A stretch of 63,324 bases of DNA, the filler included. It is 6 parts of 6 records of this genome, joined end to end, with 100 filler letters (N's around TTAATTAATTAA, not from the genome) between each part and the next. Parts side by side here need not be neighbours in the genome. Positions count along the whole stretch, not along the records: positions 31,255 to 49,097 come from SRR31156797_54248; 5 more parts are not named here. The stretch is one strand, 5' to 3'. The notes beneath the pieces were generated by a model that saw only the letters and a list, made by a program, of their open reading frames with translations, made no database searches and had not been told where the DNA came from. Made by a program: the position numbers and the translations under genes. This document shows positions 38,405 through 48,215 of the stretch, piece after piece; the first letter of the stretch is position 1, and each line of letters begins with the position of its first letter.

Positions 38405-40546
38405 TTAAGAGCAATTTTTAATTATAGGTAATGGGGCTATTGTTTGCGTCTCAGCCTGTTCTTTTTTACCAAGGAGGTATAACCAACCGTAAATAAAGGC
38501 CAACATCAGCAAAGAGATCAGGATATAGAGCAAATCATGCCCTTCTGTAATTTGATAAAAGAGAGTGGCCACAGCCCAGGCGAGAAGTGTAGCATATATC
38601 GCCATTACTGCTGCATAGTAGCCTCCCATTTCCTGGCGTGCCGCGCCAATGACTGCAAGGCAAGGAAAATACATGAGGACAAAGAGCAGGTAGGCAAAGG
38701 CAGAGAATATAGTGAAGTTGGCCGCTATATGTTTATACACTGAAGAGCTAGCACCGATTTCTTCAGAAATTATTTCTTGATCTTCGGTGATCAGTCCAAT
38801 ACCTAGCAAGTCAAAACTACTGATAACTCCAACTAATCCTTCACCGACAGTAGTAAATGCTTCAATTATTGTTCCACCTATATCAAGGCTGCTTTGCTCC
38901 TCAGTGGTTTCAATTACAGTTGACTCGCTCATGTCCATTGATGAATACAGCGCGTTAACTGTGCCGACGATGGCTTCTTTGGCAAAAAGTCCGGTAAAAA
39001 GAGCAACCGATGCAGGCCAGTTTTCTTTTGAAATCCCCATTGGTTCAAAGACAGGTGATATTGCTTTACCTGCATGAGCTAATATAGAGGATTGTGAGTC
39101 TTCATTGCCAAAGCTCATTTCTCCATTTTCATAACCAATGGAATTAACAAGGCTAAGCACAAAAACCGCTGCTACAACGATAACCCCGGCTCTTTGAATA
39201 AAGGACTTGAGGCGCAGCCAAGCATTTTTAAGAACTGCACTAACACGTGGAGCGTGATAGAGCGGCAGGTCCATTACAAAATGGGAAGGTGTGCCTTTAA
39301 AGAGGGTATTTTTAAGAAAAAATCCCGTGAGTATTGCCATAAAAAGCCCACTGAGATAGATCAGAAAAACTGCTAAACCAGAATACGCACCAAAGAGAGC
39401 TGCACAAAAAAGAGCATAGACTGGCAGTCGCGCACCACAGGACATGAATGGTGCCATAAATATGGTCATGAAACGATCTCTTTTGCTGCTGAGGGTCCGT
39501 GCCGCCATCACCGCAGGAACGGTGCAGCCAAATCCAACAATCATGGGAATAAAGGCTGACCCCGGCAGGCCTATTTTCCTCATAAACCTGTCGGCAACAA
39601 CACCGACCCGAGCCATGTAGCCCAAATCCTCAAGAATTGCTAGAGCGAGGAACATAAAAAACACCACAGGAATGAAAGTGGCCACGGTTTGGCATCCGGC
39701 ACCGATACCTCCGGCAATTGCAACAGTAAGCCATTCTGGGCTACCGATAGAAGAGAGGAAGGCTTCAGGTACATCGACAAAAACAAGGCCGCCGAGAATG
39801 TCAAAGAAATCAATAAATACTGAGCCGAGCCCAATCGCAAACCAGAATGTGACAAACATTGAGGCAAGAAAAATCGGAACAGCAGCGAAACGATTCATGA
39901 CGACATTGTCAATCCTGGTGGTAAGGTTTTCGCTTCGGTCCTTTTTCTCGAGGGCAACCCGCCCGCAAATTGTATCTATGTGCGCATATTTTTTGACCGT
40001 ATCCATGATTTCTCTAGTTGAAGCATGAGACTCATGGGCTGGTAGATTGGTAACATGCTGCTCAATTTGGTTTACCGCTTTTTTTACCGATGCTTTATCA
40101 ATTGCTACTACAGGAATAACTGGTAACCCGAGGTCTTCACTCAGACGGTTAATATCAATTTCGATACCTTCATTCTCCGCGACATCAACCATGTTAAGCA
40201 AGACAATGATTTGGTTGGTCCGCTCTTTCAAATCCATCGTTAGATACAAGTTACGAGACAAGTTTGTAGCATCCACTACATTGATGATTAGATCATACTC
40301 ACCATCTCGAATAACTCGTTCTGCAACTTTCTGGTCTTCAGTATCAGGGCTAAGATTGTAGGTTCCGGGTAAATCAACCAGTTCAACCCTACTCTCCCGC
40401 AGCGAAAAAGTTCCTTCTATCTTTTCAACTGTTACACCTGGCCAGTTGCCGACCTTTTGCCTCGCACCTGTCAAGCTATTGAAGAGCGTTGTTTTGCCTG
40501 AATTAGGCACACCAGCGATAGCTATTCTTTCAATTTTATGCTGCAT
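38405..40546 (-). CDS. feoB: Ferrous iron transporter FeoB
   Basis: GVPNSGKTT (G1), VGNWPGVTVEK, DLPG, NMVD, GFGCTVPA, PFMSCGARLP, YFPC. Confidence 0.96.
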   Translation of the reverse strand: MQHKIERIAIAGVPNSGKTTLFNSLTGARQKVGNWPGVTVEKIEGTFSLRESRVELVDLPGTYNLSPDTEDQKVAERVIRDGEYDLIINVVDATNLSRNLYLTMDLKERTNQIIVLLNMVDVAENEGIEIDINRLSEDLGLPVIPVVAIDKASVKKAVNQIEQHVTNLPAHESHASTREIMDTVKKYAHIDTICGRVALEKKDRSENLTTRIDNVVMNRFAAVPIFLASMFVTFWFAIGLGSVFIDFFDILGGLVFVDVPEAFLSSIGSPEWLTVAIAGGIGAGCQTVATFIPVVFFMFLALAILEDLGYMARVGVVADRFMRKIGLPGSAFIPMIVGFGCTVPAVMAARTLSSKRDRFMTIFMAPFMSCGARLPVYALFCAALFGAYSGLAVFLIYLSGLFMAILTGFFLKNTLFKGTPSHFVMDLPLYHAPRVSAVLKNAWLRLKSFIQRAGVIVVAAVFVLSLVNSIGYENGEMSFGNEDSQSSILAHAGKAISPVFEPMGISKENWPASVALFTGLFAKEAIVGTVNALYSSMDMSESTVIETTEEQSSLDIGGTIIEAFTTVGEGLVGVISSFDLLGIGLITEDQEIISEEIGASSSVYKHIAANFTIFSAFAYLLFVLMYFPCLAVIGAARQEMGGYYAAVMAIYATLLAWAVATLFYQITEGHDLLYILISLLMLAFIYGWLYLLGKKEQAETQTIAPLPIIKNCS

Positions 40547-40784
40547 CGTGACACTCCTTAACGAGGACCTGCTGTGCTTCATTCTTTCTTAAGGCGATTC
40601 TGCTGCCCCTTATCTGTACCACGATAGGGTCTGACATTTTTACAGAGGCAAGTTCCACTGGGGTCCCTTCAACAAAACCCATTTTGTACAGCTTGTTGGC
40701 ATACTCTTGTGACTGGATATCAAACCCAGCAACCTGATAAATAATCCCAGCCTGCATCCCAACAAGGTCAATTCTCGAGCTCAT
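40536..40784 (-). CDS. feoA: Ferrous iron transport protein FeoA
   Basis: KLYKMGFVEGT.V, DPIVVQIRGSRIALR; overlaps feoB start. Confidence 0.92.
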   Translation of the reverse strand: MSSRIDLVGMQAGIIYQVAGFDIQSQEYANKLYKMGFVEGTPVELASVKMSDPIVVQIRGSRIALRKNEAQQVLVKECHDAA

Positions 40785-40804
40785 CTTAACTCCCGCTATT
40801 ATTT

Positions 40805-40884
40805 TTAGTTATCCCTAACACCGAACGGAGTAACAATTAATTTATTTAAAAAGTAAAGTCAATATTTTCCTTAGGCATACCTAA
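40805..40884 (-). promoter_or_regulatory. feoAB promoter region flanked by two DtxR/MntR-like boxes
   Basis: TTAGT-TATC-CCTAA (40805-40818) and TTAGG-CATA-CCTAA (40871-40884); -35 TTGACT on minus strand at 40857-40862. Confidence 0.5.
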
Positions 40885-41569
40885 ACGGCAGTATTTTTAC
40901 CTCCTCCAAATAATTCCCTTTGTGATGTCATCACTAGTGATGTTTCCTAAATAAGGACAATGAGTTCTTAAAAATTATCCAGGAAAAAAATTTCTTTTGG
41001 TTTGATGGAATCGCCCTGTCGACTTTTTTTACTTTTACAATTAAGGTTCCGCTCTTCCTTCGAAAAAGGTTTTCTGCACAGAAGGCGTAATAAAATCTTT
41101 CCAGCCAAAGTAAAAAAAACCGCTAAACAGTGTCATTTACCAGAGGTAAAAAACTATTACCCCCGGAGTAGCAGCGCGGCGTGTCGTCGCGGGAAAGACA
41201 AAAAAACACCTGCCACACCGTTACTGGCCACAATTCTTACACTGAAAGCTCAACAGGTTACCAGGCACACCGGTCGCCTGCTCAACCCAAATATATTTAA
41301 AATAATGGTAGGTTGAATATTTTCCACTTGGGTGACGGTTTTGCTCGGCAGAGCCAAAGAAGAAAGGAAGCAGTCAATATGCTGAACCGAGAGGGTACAT
41401 TTTACTCTTATCCCTCTGCACAACCTATTGAAATTGTTTACAACATATGGTCATCTAGCAACTTTGGTTTCCCAAAAAAAAGTATTACCCTATAAATCCA
41501 TTCAGATTTGATTCTTTCTCCAATGGGCACTCTAATACAATTTTACTTTTAAAAATCTAACAGCAAAAG

Positions 41570-42151
41570 ATGCATATGAATCATGTACGTACTTTCTTTG
41601 TTAAATGTTATCTGCACTTTTTAACATTCATAATGGTTCTTCTGGTCGCAGGCTGTGATCGCCAACCGTCAACACCTCAACCCGTCGCCGAACCTGGAGT
41701 GGTAAAGAAATTTACTGGCACGTGGTCAGCAACTGGAACCAGACAAATAATGCAACTAGAGCCGGGAAATGAAGCCATCATTTTCAAAGTGAGCGGTTCC
41801 ATGCTCTTGTTAGGCAAAGAACGACTCAATAAAGGGTTTAAAGCAGAAGCGATAGGCTTTTATGATGCCAAAAGCGGCCTCCATGGTCGAAGTGTTTGGA
41901 CCGACGAGCGCGGCGACAAAGTGTTCTCCGAATTGCAGGCTGACTCGGGAGATGCCGGCAATGTGATTGAAGGAAAATTCTTTGGAGGGACAGGACGTTA
42001 CGCTACCGTCAATGGTGGTTTTACTTTCAAGTGGAAACGCTTGATACATAATAATAGCGGAAAAATGAGTGGTCGGGCCGTTGACCTCAAGGGATGGGTT
42101 CATTTTGGAGAATCTGACATTACTCCAACAACCACAGGGGGGCAGCAATGA
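41570..42151 (+). CDS. Hypothetical lipoprotein (beta-rich)
   Basis: Lipobox LVAG-C; WTDERGD, GGTGRY; stop overlaps DASS start (ATGA). Confidence 0.75.
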   Translation: MHMNHVRTFFVKCYLHFLTFIMVLLVAGCDRQPSTPQPVAEPGVVKKFTGTWSATGTRQIMQLEPGNEAIIFKVSGSMLLLGKERLNKGFKAEAIGFYDAKSGLHGRSVWTDERGDKVFSELQADSGDAGNVIEGKFFGGTGRYATVNGGFTFKWKRLIHNNSGKMSGRAVDLKGWVHFGESDITPTTTGGQQ

Positions 42152-43563
42152 AAACGCGAACACTGCTTGGGCGGATAAACTTAAAAATAGTCGCTGCCTT
42201 TACATTGGCGGTTGTAATATGGTTCACACCAGTTCCGGAAGGGCTGACTCGTGAGGCGTGGCATCTTTTTGCAATTTTTGCCGCAGCTATATTTGCCGTT
42301 ATTATCAATGCCCTGCCACTGTTAACTTCCGCACTGCTGGCTGGCTCTGTTGCGATTCTTACAGACACACTCGACCCGGTTAAAGCATTTGGCGGCTTTG
42401 CCAATAGCAGTGTACTCCTGGTCATCGTTGCTTTTTTGGTTGCACAAGCCGTTGTCAAATGTGGATTGGGCAAAAGAATCAGCCTGTATGTGGTAAGTGC
42501 ATTTGGTAAGTCAACGCTTGGCCTGGCATACAGTATTTTTATTACCGATGCTCTCATTGCCCCTGGTTTCCCCAGCAATACTGCACGTGGAGGTGTACTC
42601 TACCCCATTGTACTGTCGATTGCCCAGGGAAGCGGCTCATTACCAGGTGATGACAAGCAGCGTCGCCTTGGCGGGTACCTCATGTTTTGCGGTATGGCTA
42701 GCCTGAGTGTTTCATCTGCCCTTTGGCTGACTGCCACCTCTGCTAATCCGATCGGAGTTTTGATAGCAGCGGAGCATGGTCTTAACATTACCTTTGGCTC
42801 TTGGCTGCTTGTTGCCTCTGTACCTGCACTAATTGCAATCGTCTTGTTACCGCTCATGCTCTACAAGGCCTTTCCGCCAGGGATAACAGACACCCCTGAT
42901 GCACCACAAGCCGCCAGAGAATCACTCCAAGAGATGGGTCATTTTTCTCGTGACGAGTGGATTACAGCAGTAGTTTTCGTTTGTATGATTTTGGCCTGGG
43001 TTTTTGCTGGTATATTTAAGCTGAATCTTGCTGCAGTTGCCATTGCAGGCCTCGGCATCATACTGGCAACCGGGGTCCTGAACCTTGAAGATATTGACCT
43101 CCAGGGAGGTACGCTGGCGACGTTTTTCTGGTTAGCACTGTTGTTTGCACTGAGTGGCCAACTCAACGAGATGGGATTTATGGGATATGTTGGGGAAGGA
43201 ATGGCCTCAATGCTTGGCGATGTTTCGTGGCCGATAGCCTATGTGGTTTTGTTATTTCTTTACGTTATCATGCACTATATGTTTGTCAGCCAATCCGCAC
43301 AGGTTCTTGCCCTACTGGGTGTTTTTCTTAATGTGGGTATCCAGGCAGGGGTTCCTGCACATTTGATGGGTTTTGCCCTCTTGTTTGCCAGTAGTTATTT
43401 TTCAACCCTTACCCCCCAGGGTGGAAGCCAAAACGTGATCTTTGTTGCCAGCAATTATTTAAAGCAGAGTGAATTCTATCGATTAGGGCTGATCACGACC
43501 ATCTTCTGCATGGTGCTCTTTTTACTTATCGGGACTCCGTGGATTTTATGGATGGGTGCATAA
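42148..43563 (+). CDS. DASS-family anion symporter (2-oxoglutarate/malate translocator-like)
   Basis: PVPEGL..AWHLFAIF, GLGKRI, PSNTARGG, HYMFVS. Confidence 0.9.
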   Translation: MKTRTLLGRINLKIVAAFTLAVVIWFTPVPEGLTREAWHLFAIFAAAIFAVIINALPLLTSALLAGSVAILTDTLDPVKAFGGFANSSVLLVIVAFLVAQAVVKCGLGKRISLYVVSAFGKSTLGLAYSIFITDALIAPGFPSNTARGGVLYPIVLSIAQGSGSLPGDDKQRRLGGYLMFCGMASLSVSSALWLTATSANPIGVLIAAEHGLNITFGSWLLVASVPALIAIVLLPLMLYKAFPPGITDTPDAPQAARESLQEMGHFSRDEWITAVVFVCMILAWVFAGIFKLNLAAVAIAGLGIILATGVLNLEDIDLQGGTLATFFWLALLFALSGQLNEMGFMGYVGEGMASMLGDVSWPIAYVVLLFLYVIMHYMFVSQSAQVLALLGVFLNVGIQAGVPAHLMGFALLFASSYFSTLTPQGGSQNVIFVASNYLKQSEFYRLGLITTIFCMVLFLLIGTPWILWMGA

Positions 43564-43590
43564 AAGCAAAGGCAATTCTTTTTCTCCAAT

Positions 43591-44907
43591 TTAAAAAAAA
43601 TAGCGCAAACGTAGTTCCAGCTTATTGCTGTTTTGCTTTTCACCGTACTCGGTGAAACTGCCTCCATTGAGCCAAGAAAATCGAACACGAATTTCCCAAT
43701 TGGTAAAGCCTGTATATAACAACTCTGGGGTCAGGGAAAAGCTGCTGTCCTCAAGGTTAATGATCGTGGTTAGAGCCGGGGTGAAATAGAGGATATCAAA
43801 AGGCTCTTTCTGGTTAAAACGGGCATAAATGTAGTTGCGACCAGGCTGCGGCCTGCCATAGCCTTTCAGACTGGCATTTCTCGCCTGCTCAAGCAGCTTA
43901 CTACTGACCGCCAATTGAGCATCGTCGCCCGCATCAAGGGCCAATTGGTAAAAATTTTCCATCTCCTGCGGGGAATATCCGCTACCATTATGGTAATACT
44001 CAATTATGGACGTAATATTCTGTGAAGACAGGTAGCGCATCCCGATCAGGAAGGCCAGTGCATCACCTTCTGTTGTCTGAAAATTCCCGTCTTGCTCTAG
44101 AGTCAATCGACTCTGGTTTTCGGCCCATGCCAGTTCACCGTGGATTTCAAAATTTGGCAGCACGTTCCTGGAAAAATCAAGTCCATAAGCAGTCGCCCTA
44201 CTCCCCCCGGTACGAAGCAGCAGGTCTATATCGGTATCATAGAGCAGAAGGTAAAGTTTTGCCGCCAGGTTCATTTTATCCACTGCCCCAAAATCATCAT
44301 TTATATGATCATAAACAGGGAGGAGGACTGTAGTCAGCGCAGTTGTTTGAAAAACACCGACATTGCTTTTAATAAAATCCGCTTCAGCAGTTATATAACC
44401 TTCAAGAGCTTCATCGGGGTTATTGGGATCTTTGCGCCGGTTGATAAAACCTACCGGGTTCCAGGCATACCCTTTACCCCACTTGTATGATTTTTTACCA
44501 AGGCTCAGGCTAGTGGACGCCTTGGGCTTAAAGGTTGCGTAGGCATTATAAACGTCAGCAGTATCACTCCAGCCTAAGGTATCCTGTTGCCCTGCTGCTT
44601 TGAGCAGCCAGTGCAAGCTGTATAACTCCTGGTTGTAACGGCCGCCAAGTTGCAATGCCCCGAGCAGCTTATCAAAAACGGATTGCGGCTCGTCAGCCAG
44701 GTTAAGCAAACTGAACGCCGATCCCTGGTTAATGTCCATATGCTCCCATCGGAGCTCTGTGTACCCTTCCCACTCCAGCGATTTTTTCTCGATTTCCTCC
44801 AGCTCAAAAGTAAACTCTTCATCCCCTGCATATCCAGAATCAAAGACAGCCAACACAAAAACTAACAGGGATAGAACCGTAACGCTGACCGGCCTAACGC
44901 AGTGCAT
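43591..44907 (-). CDS. Hypothetical outer-membrane beta-barrel protein
   Basis: Signal-like N-terminus, GKK..KWG.GYAWNP, amphipathic strands, C-terminal LRLRYFF; start uncertain. Confidence 0.72.
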   Translation of the reverse strand: MHCVRPVSVTVLSLLVFVLAVFDSGYAGDEEFTFELEEIEKKSLEWEGYTELRWEHMDINQGSAFSLLNLADEPQSVFDKLLGALQLGGRYNQELYSLHWLLKAAGQQDTLGWSDTADVYNAYATFKPKASTSLSLGKKSYKWGKGYAWNPVGFINRRKDPNNPDEALEGYITAEADFIKSNVGVFQTTALTTVLLPVYDHINDDFGAVDKMNLAAKLYLLLYDTDIDLLLRTGGSRATAYGLDFSRNVLPNFEIHGELAWAENQSRLTLEQDGNFQTTEGDALAFLIGMRYLSSQNITSIIEYYHNGSGYSPQEMENFYQLALDAGDDAQLAVSSKLLEQARNASLKGYGRPQPGRNYIYARFNQKEPFDILYFTPALTTIINLEDSSFSLTPELLYTGFTNWEIRVRFSWLNGGSFTEYGEKQNSNKLELRLRYFF

Positions 44908-45643
44908 CAATTTTTGACATATAATTAAGAGTAAAGACCTCGTCAGCAAACTCCCGTTGTTTCATCTTGGCAAACAACATGACCGATTTGTACCCCTTGT
45001 GCAGGGGACTGTATGTTTCCAGGGTCGAAGGCCTGACCATGCCGTCTCCGAAATCTTTAATCTTGGAGTAATGCAGCGTTTTAATCAACATCCCGCTGAC
45101 AGCGTAACATTCTATGATCGTGGGGAGAGTTGTCTTTTTATCCACTACCATCATCAATCGATCATAGGCTACGGTTCCAGATTTTGCCTTTAACTCGAGC
45201 AAGTAACTGTCCCCTTTATCCTCAACTTTCTCTGCAGTATATTCAACGCTATAGTCAAGCCGTAAGATATCAGAGTTATTAAACACACCACCAACCACCG
45301 ACTGCAGACTGGTGATCCGCAAAGGTTTGCCCACATTTGGTATATACAGCCACATGTTATCAACAAGGCGTAGAGTGGCACGGCCTTTTTCAGAGGCAGG
45401 CGACACAAACAGAGCCACCATCTTATCCTGACCTTTCTTTACAGTATACAGCACAAACTCTTTCTTACTGCCATCGGGTTCAATATTGATCAGCTTACGG
45501 TACATTTCGTAGGAATTGGGCTGCATCTTGGCATCAACCTGGCGCAGCAGTTCGTTACCGTCAATTCCCCACACAGGAACAACAAGGGCAAGCAGCAGGG
45601 TAATAGTAAGCAGGGGACTGGAAAACAGGTATTGTCGTTTCAT
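44894..45643 (-). CDS. Outer-membrane lipoprotein-sorting (LolA-like) protein
   Basis: Signal peptide; F.SPA.EKG...L...NMWLY.P, FNNSD, FT..Y. Confidence 0.82.
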   Translation of the reverse strand: MKRQYLFSSPLLTITLLLALVVPVWGIDGNELLRQVDAKMQPNSYEMYRKLINIEPDGSKKEFVLYTVKKGQDKMVALFVSPASEKGRATLRLVDNMWLYIPNVGKPLRITSLQSVVGGVFNNSDILRLDYSVEYTAEKVEDKGDSYLLELKAKSGTVAYDRLMMVVDKKTTLPTIIECYAVSGMLIKTLHYSKIKDFGDGMVRPSTLETYSPLHKGYKSVMLFAKMKQREFADEVFTLNYMSKIDALR

Positions 45644-45653
45644 CTTTACGCTC

Positions 45654-46898
45654 CTAGACGTGTCGCAACGCGGTAATAGGATTCATTCGGGATGCCTTCC
45701 AAGCCGGTTGGAGACTGCCAACAACGGCAACAACAATAACAATACCGACCACTAGCAGAACATCGGTAGTGCTGATAACCGGTGCCAGCAGCAGGTCTTT
45801 TTGACGACCAAAGTCAAAACTGATGCTGGAGACATTCATGCTGGCAATGGCAACCAGACTGATAACAAGACCAATAAGGGTTCCCAAAATTCCGAGGAGT
45901 AACCCTTCGGTTAAGAATAAGGCCAAAATCTTACCCGGCCCGGTTCCAATGGCTGCAATTGTGCCGATCTCATGAATGCGCTCATACACAGACATGATCA
46001 TCACGTTCATGATGCTGACCAAGACAATGGCAACCAACATGATCTTGATAAACAGCGTCATCAAATCTATCATGGCTGCGATTTTGGAGAATGGGGACAG
46101 TTTTTCCCAGGAATGGACTTCAAAGACAGGCTTCCCCTGCTTGTTGAGGATTCCCCCCAGGGACTCTTTAAGATTGGCCAACACACCCGGCAGAGTATCC
46201 ATGTCTTTAAGACGGATAGCGATTTCACTTACCTCAGGTTTATCGATCCGGAGCAGGGTCGTGGCATCACTTAAATGAATATATCCATCACGCCCGCCAG
46301 GTCCGGAGATACTTTCCAAAATCCCCCTAACCACAAACGGTTGGCCATTAACCAGGCCATCTTTATTAGTTGCAACCAGGACGATGGTATCCCCTACTTT
46401 TACCTTCATGCCCTTGGCAATGAGTTCGGGCACCAGTATTTCCCCCTTAGCCAGTAAACCCTCTTTTTTCCCTTGTATTATCCGGTCAGAAAGCATTGGG
46501 GATGCCTGCTGTTCCTGTTTCGGGTTAACGGCGTTGATGCGAATATTGGTGGTTTCATTATAATTGCTGAACATAGCCCCCAGCTTAATGCGCATGGAGT
46601 ATGCCTCAACCTCAGGGCTGTCGTCTAAAAAAGCTTTTACCCTGGCGACTTGTTTCCCTTTGAGATTACGGTTTAAGGGGAGACTGTCGATGGAGGCAAT
46701 ATAGCCCTTCCGGTGCACCTGCAGGTGGCCCAGCATGGAGTCAGTTATCTGCCCTACCATCATCGACTTGAAAGATCCCGATACCGATACAAACAACAAC
46801 ACCGCCACTACGCCAAGGGTTATGAGAATCGAGGTGAGCAGGGTTCTTCTTTTGTAGCGTAATAAATTGCGTGCCGCTATTTTCAATACGTTATACAT
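45654..46898 (-). CDS. ABC transporter permease, LolC/E-FtsX/MacB type
   Basis: ARNLLR.KRRT, SVYERIHEIGT..AIG, PAWKASRMNPI.ALR. Confidence 0.9.
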   Translation of the reverse strand: MYNVLKIAARNLLRYKRRTLLTSILITLGVVAVLLFVSVSGSFKSMMVGQITDSMLGHLQVHRKGYIASIDSLPLNRNLKGKQVARVKAFLDDSPEVEAYSMRIKLGAMFSNYNETTNIRINAVNPKQEQQASPMLSDRIIQGKKEGLLAKGEILVPELIAKGMKVKVGDTIVLVATNKDGLVNGQPFVVRGILESISGPGGRDGYIHLSDATTLLRIDKPEVSEIAIRLKDMDTLPGVLANLKESLGGILNKQGKPVFEVHSWEKLSPFSKIAAMIDLMTLFIKIMLVAIVLVSIMNVMIMSVYERIHEIGTIAAIGTGPGKILALFLTEGLLLGILGTLIGLVISLVAIASMNVSSISFDFGRQKDLLLAPVISTTDVLLVVGIVIVVAVVGSLQPAWKASRMNPITALRHV

Positions 46899-47595
46899 GA
46901 CTCCCTCCCTGGTCGCTGCCGCTGGATAAAAGCAAACCATCTTCAAGGGTGAAAACTATCTCCGCATTCTTAACCACCTTGGGGTCATGGGTGGAAAAAA
47001 TAAAGGTCGTGGAAAATTCATCCCGCATGTTTTTCATCAAAGTAATGATCCGATTGGCAGTATCGCGGTCCAGGTTGGCGGTTGGCTCATCTGCCAAAAC
47101 TAGCTTGGCATTGGTCACCAGGGCACGAGCTACAGCCACACGCTGCTTCTGGCCACCTGATATCTGGCCAGGATATTTTTTTGCCTGATCCTGCATTCCG
47201 ACAGCTTCGAGCAGTTTTTCTACCTGCTGACGCCGTTTCTTTACTGGCCAATTTTGGACCATAATCAAGGGATATTCAATATTTTCAAATACGGTGAGGA
47301 CCGGAATCAGATTGAAATCCTGAAATATGAACCCGATATGTTCACCTCTAAAGCGGGCCGAATCACTGGATCGCAGTCCGGCCACGTCCTCGCCCGCAAC
47401 TTCCAAGCTGCCACTGGTAGGAGGATCTAAACAGCCCATCATGTTCAGCAAGGTCGACTTTCCGCTTCCAGACGGGCCGACAAAAGAGACAAACGAGCCA
47501 GCCTCAATGGAAAAATCCACGCCACGAATCGCCGGTATAGTGATGTCGCCGGCCACATAATCTTTTGTAAGCCGTCTGGCAGCAACAATGGTCAT
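46891..47595 (-). CDS. ABC transporter ATP-binding protein, LolD/MacB type
   Basis: GPSGSGKS, IGFIFQDFNL, ISGGQKQR, LADEPTANLD, STHD. Confidence 0.93.
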   Translation of the reverse strand: MTIVAARRLTKDYVAGDITIPAIRGVDFSIEAGSFVSFVGPSGSGKSTLLNMMGCLDPPTSGSLEVAGEDVAGLRSSDSARFRGEHIGFIFQDFNLIPVLTVFENIEYPLIMVQNWPVKKRRQQVEKLLEAVGMQDQAKKYPGQISGGQKQRVAVARALVTNAKLVLADEPTANLDRDTANRIITLMKNMRDEFSTTFIFSTHDPKVVKNAEIVFTLEDGLLLSSGSDQGGSHV

Positions 47596-47633
47596 TAAAC
47601 AATCCTCCTCAAAATTGATATTCTCTCATCTCT

Positions 47634-47757
47634 TACAATCCGCATACCAGAATACAAATCTTTATTTCAACATAAAAACAATTACTTGCACCACACGTAC
47701 TCGCTATTAGCGATGCTCAGCTCGACAAACCATGTATTTTATCGACAAATTTGTCGA
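47634..47757 (-). promoter_or_regulatory. Putative sigma54 promoter with upstream palindromic activator site for the Lol-like operon
   Basis: TGGTATG-CGGA-TTGTA on minus strand (47634-47649); perfect palindrome TCGACAAATTTGTCGA (47742-47757) and half-site at 47722. Confidence 0.45.
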
Positions 47758-47945
47758 ACAGGTAGGTATCTTTTTTTTTGCTAGAGCAACGTTACACTAT
47801 AAAATTATGGGTATATGCACAGCTTATTCTATGGGGTTGCATTTTATGGTGCGAGGAGTATCTTTTTATTTTTGAAGGTGCCCTGAAAAATCCAGGCAAC
47901 TGAAACGCCCCCAGTGAATACATAAACTCAGAGGGTAACAACGCT

Positions 47946-48137
47946 ATGCAATGGAAGATTGAGGTCGATAAAGAAAAATGCTCCGGATGTGGTGAGTGTG
48001 TTGAAAATTGCCCTGGAGAAGTTTTTGAGTTGAAAGACAAGAAAGCATACCCTGTACATATGGAAGAATGTCATGGTTGTCATACCTGTGAATCAGTCTG
48101 TGAAGAAAAGGCTGTGCAGGTCAACGAGGCAAAGTAA
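47946..48137 (+). CDS. 2[4Fe-4S] ferredoxin
   Basis: CSGCGECVENCP and CHGCHTCESVC; 63 aa; RBS GAGGG. Confidence 0.9.
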   Translation: MQWKIEVDKEKCSGCGECVENCPGEVFELKDKKAYPVHMEECHGCHTCESVCEEKAVQVNEAK

Positions 48138-48215
48138 AGCATTCTGATAGAAAAGAAGAGGGGCTATGTATGACCCCATCATGTTTGTAAAAAAATCAAA
48201 GGACTAGCTCAGACC

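Noticed and set aside
40900-41560. Long intergenic region with ORFs 41002..41316 and 41313..41495; possible riboswitch
   Set aside because: No RBS or protein motifs, and no riboswitch consensus that I can recognise.
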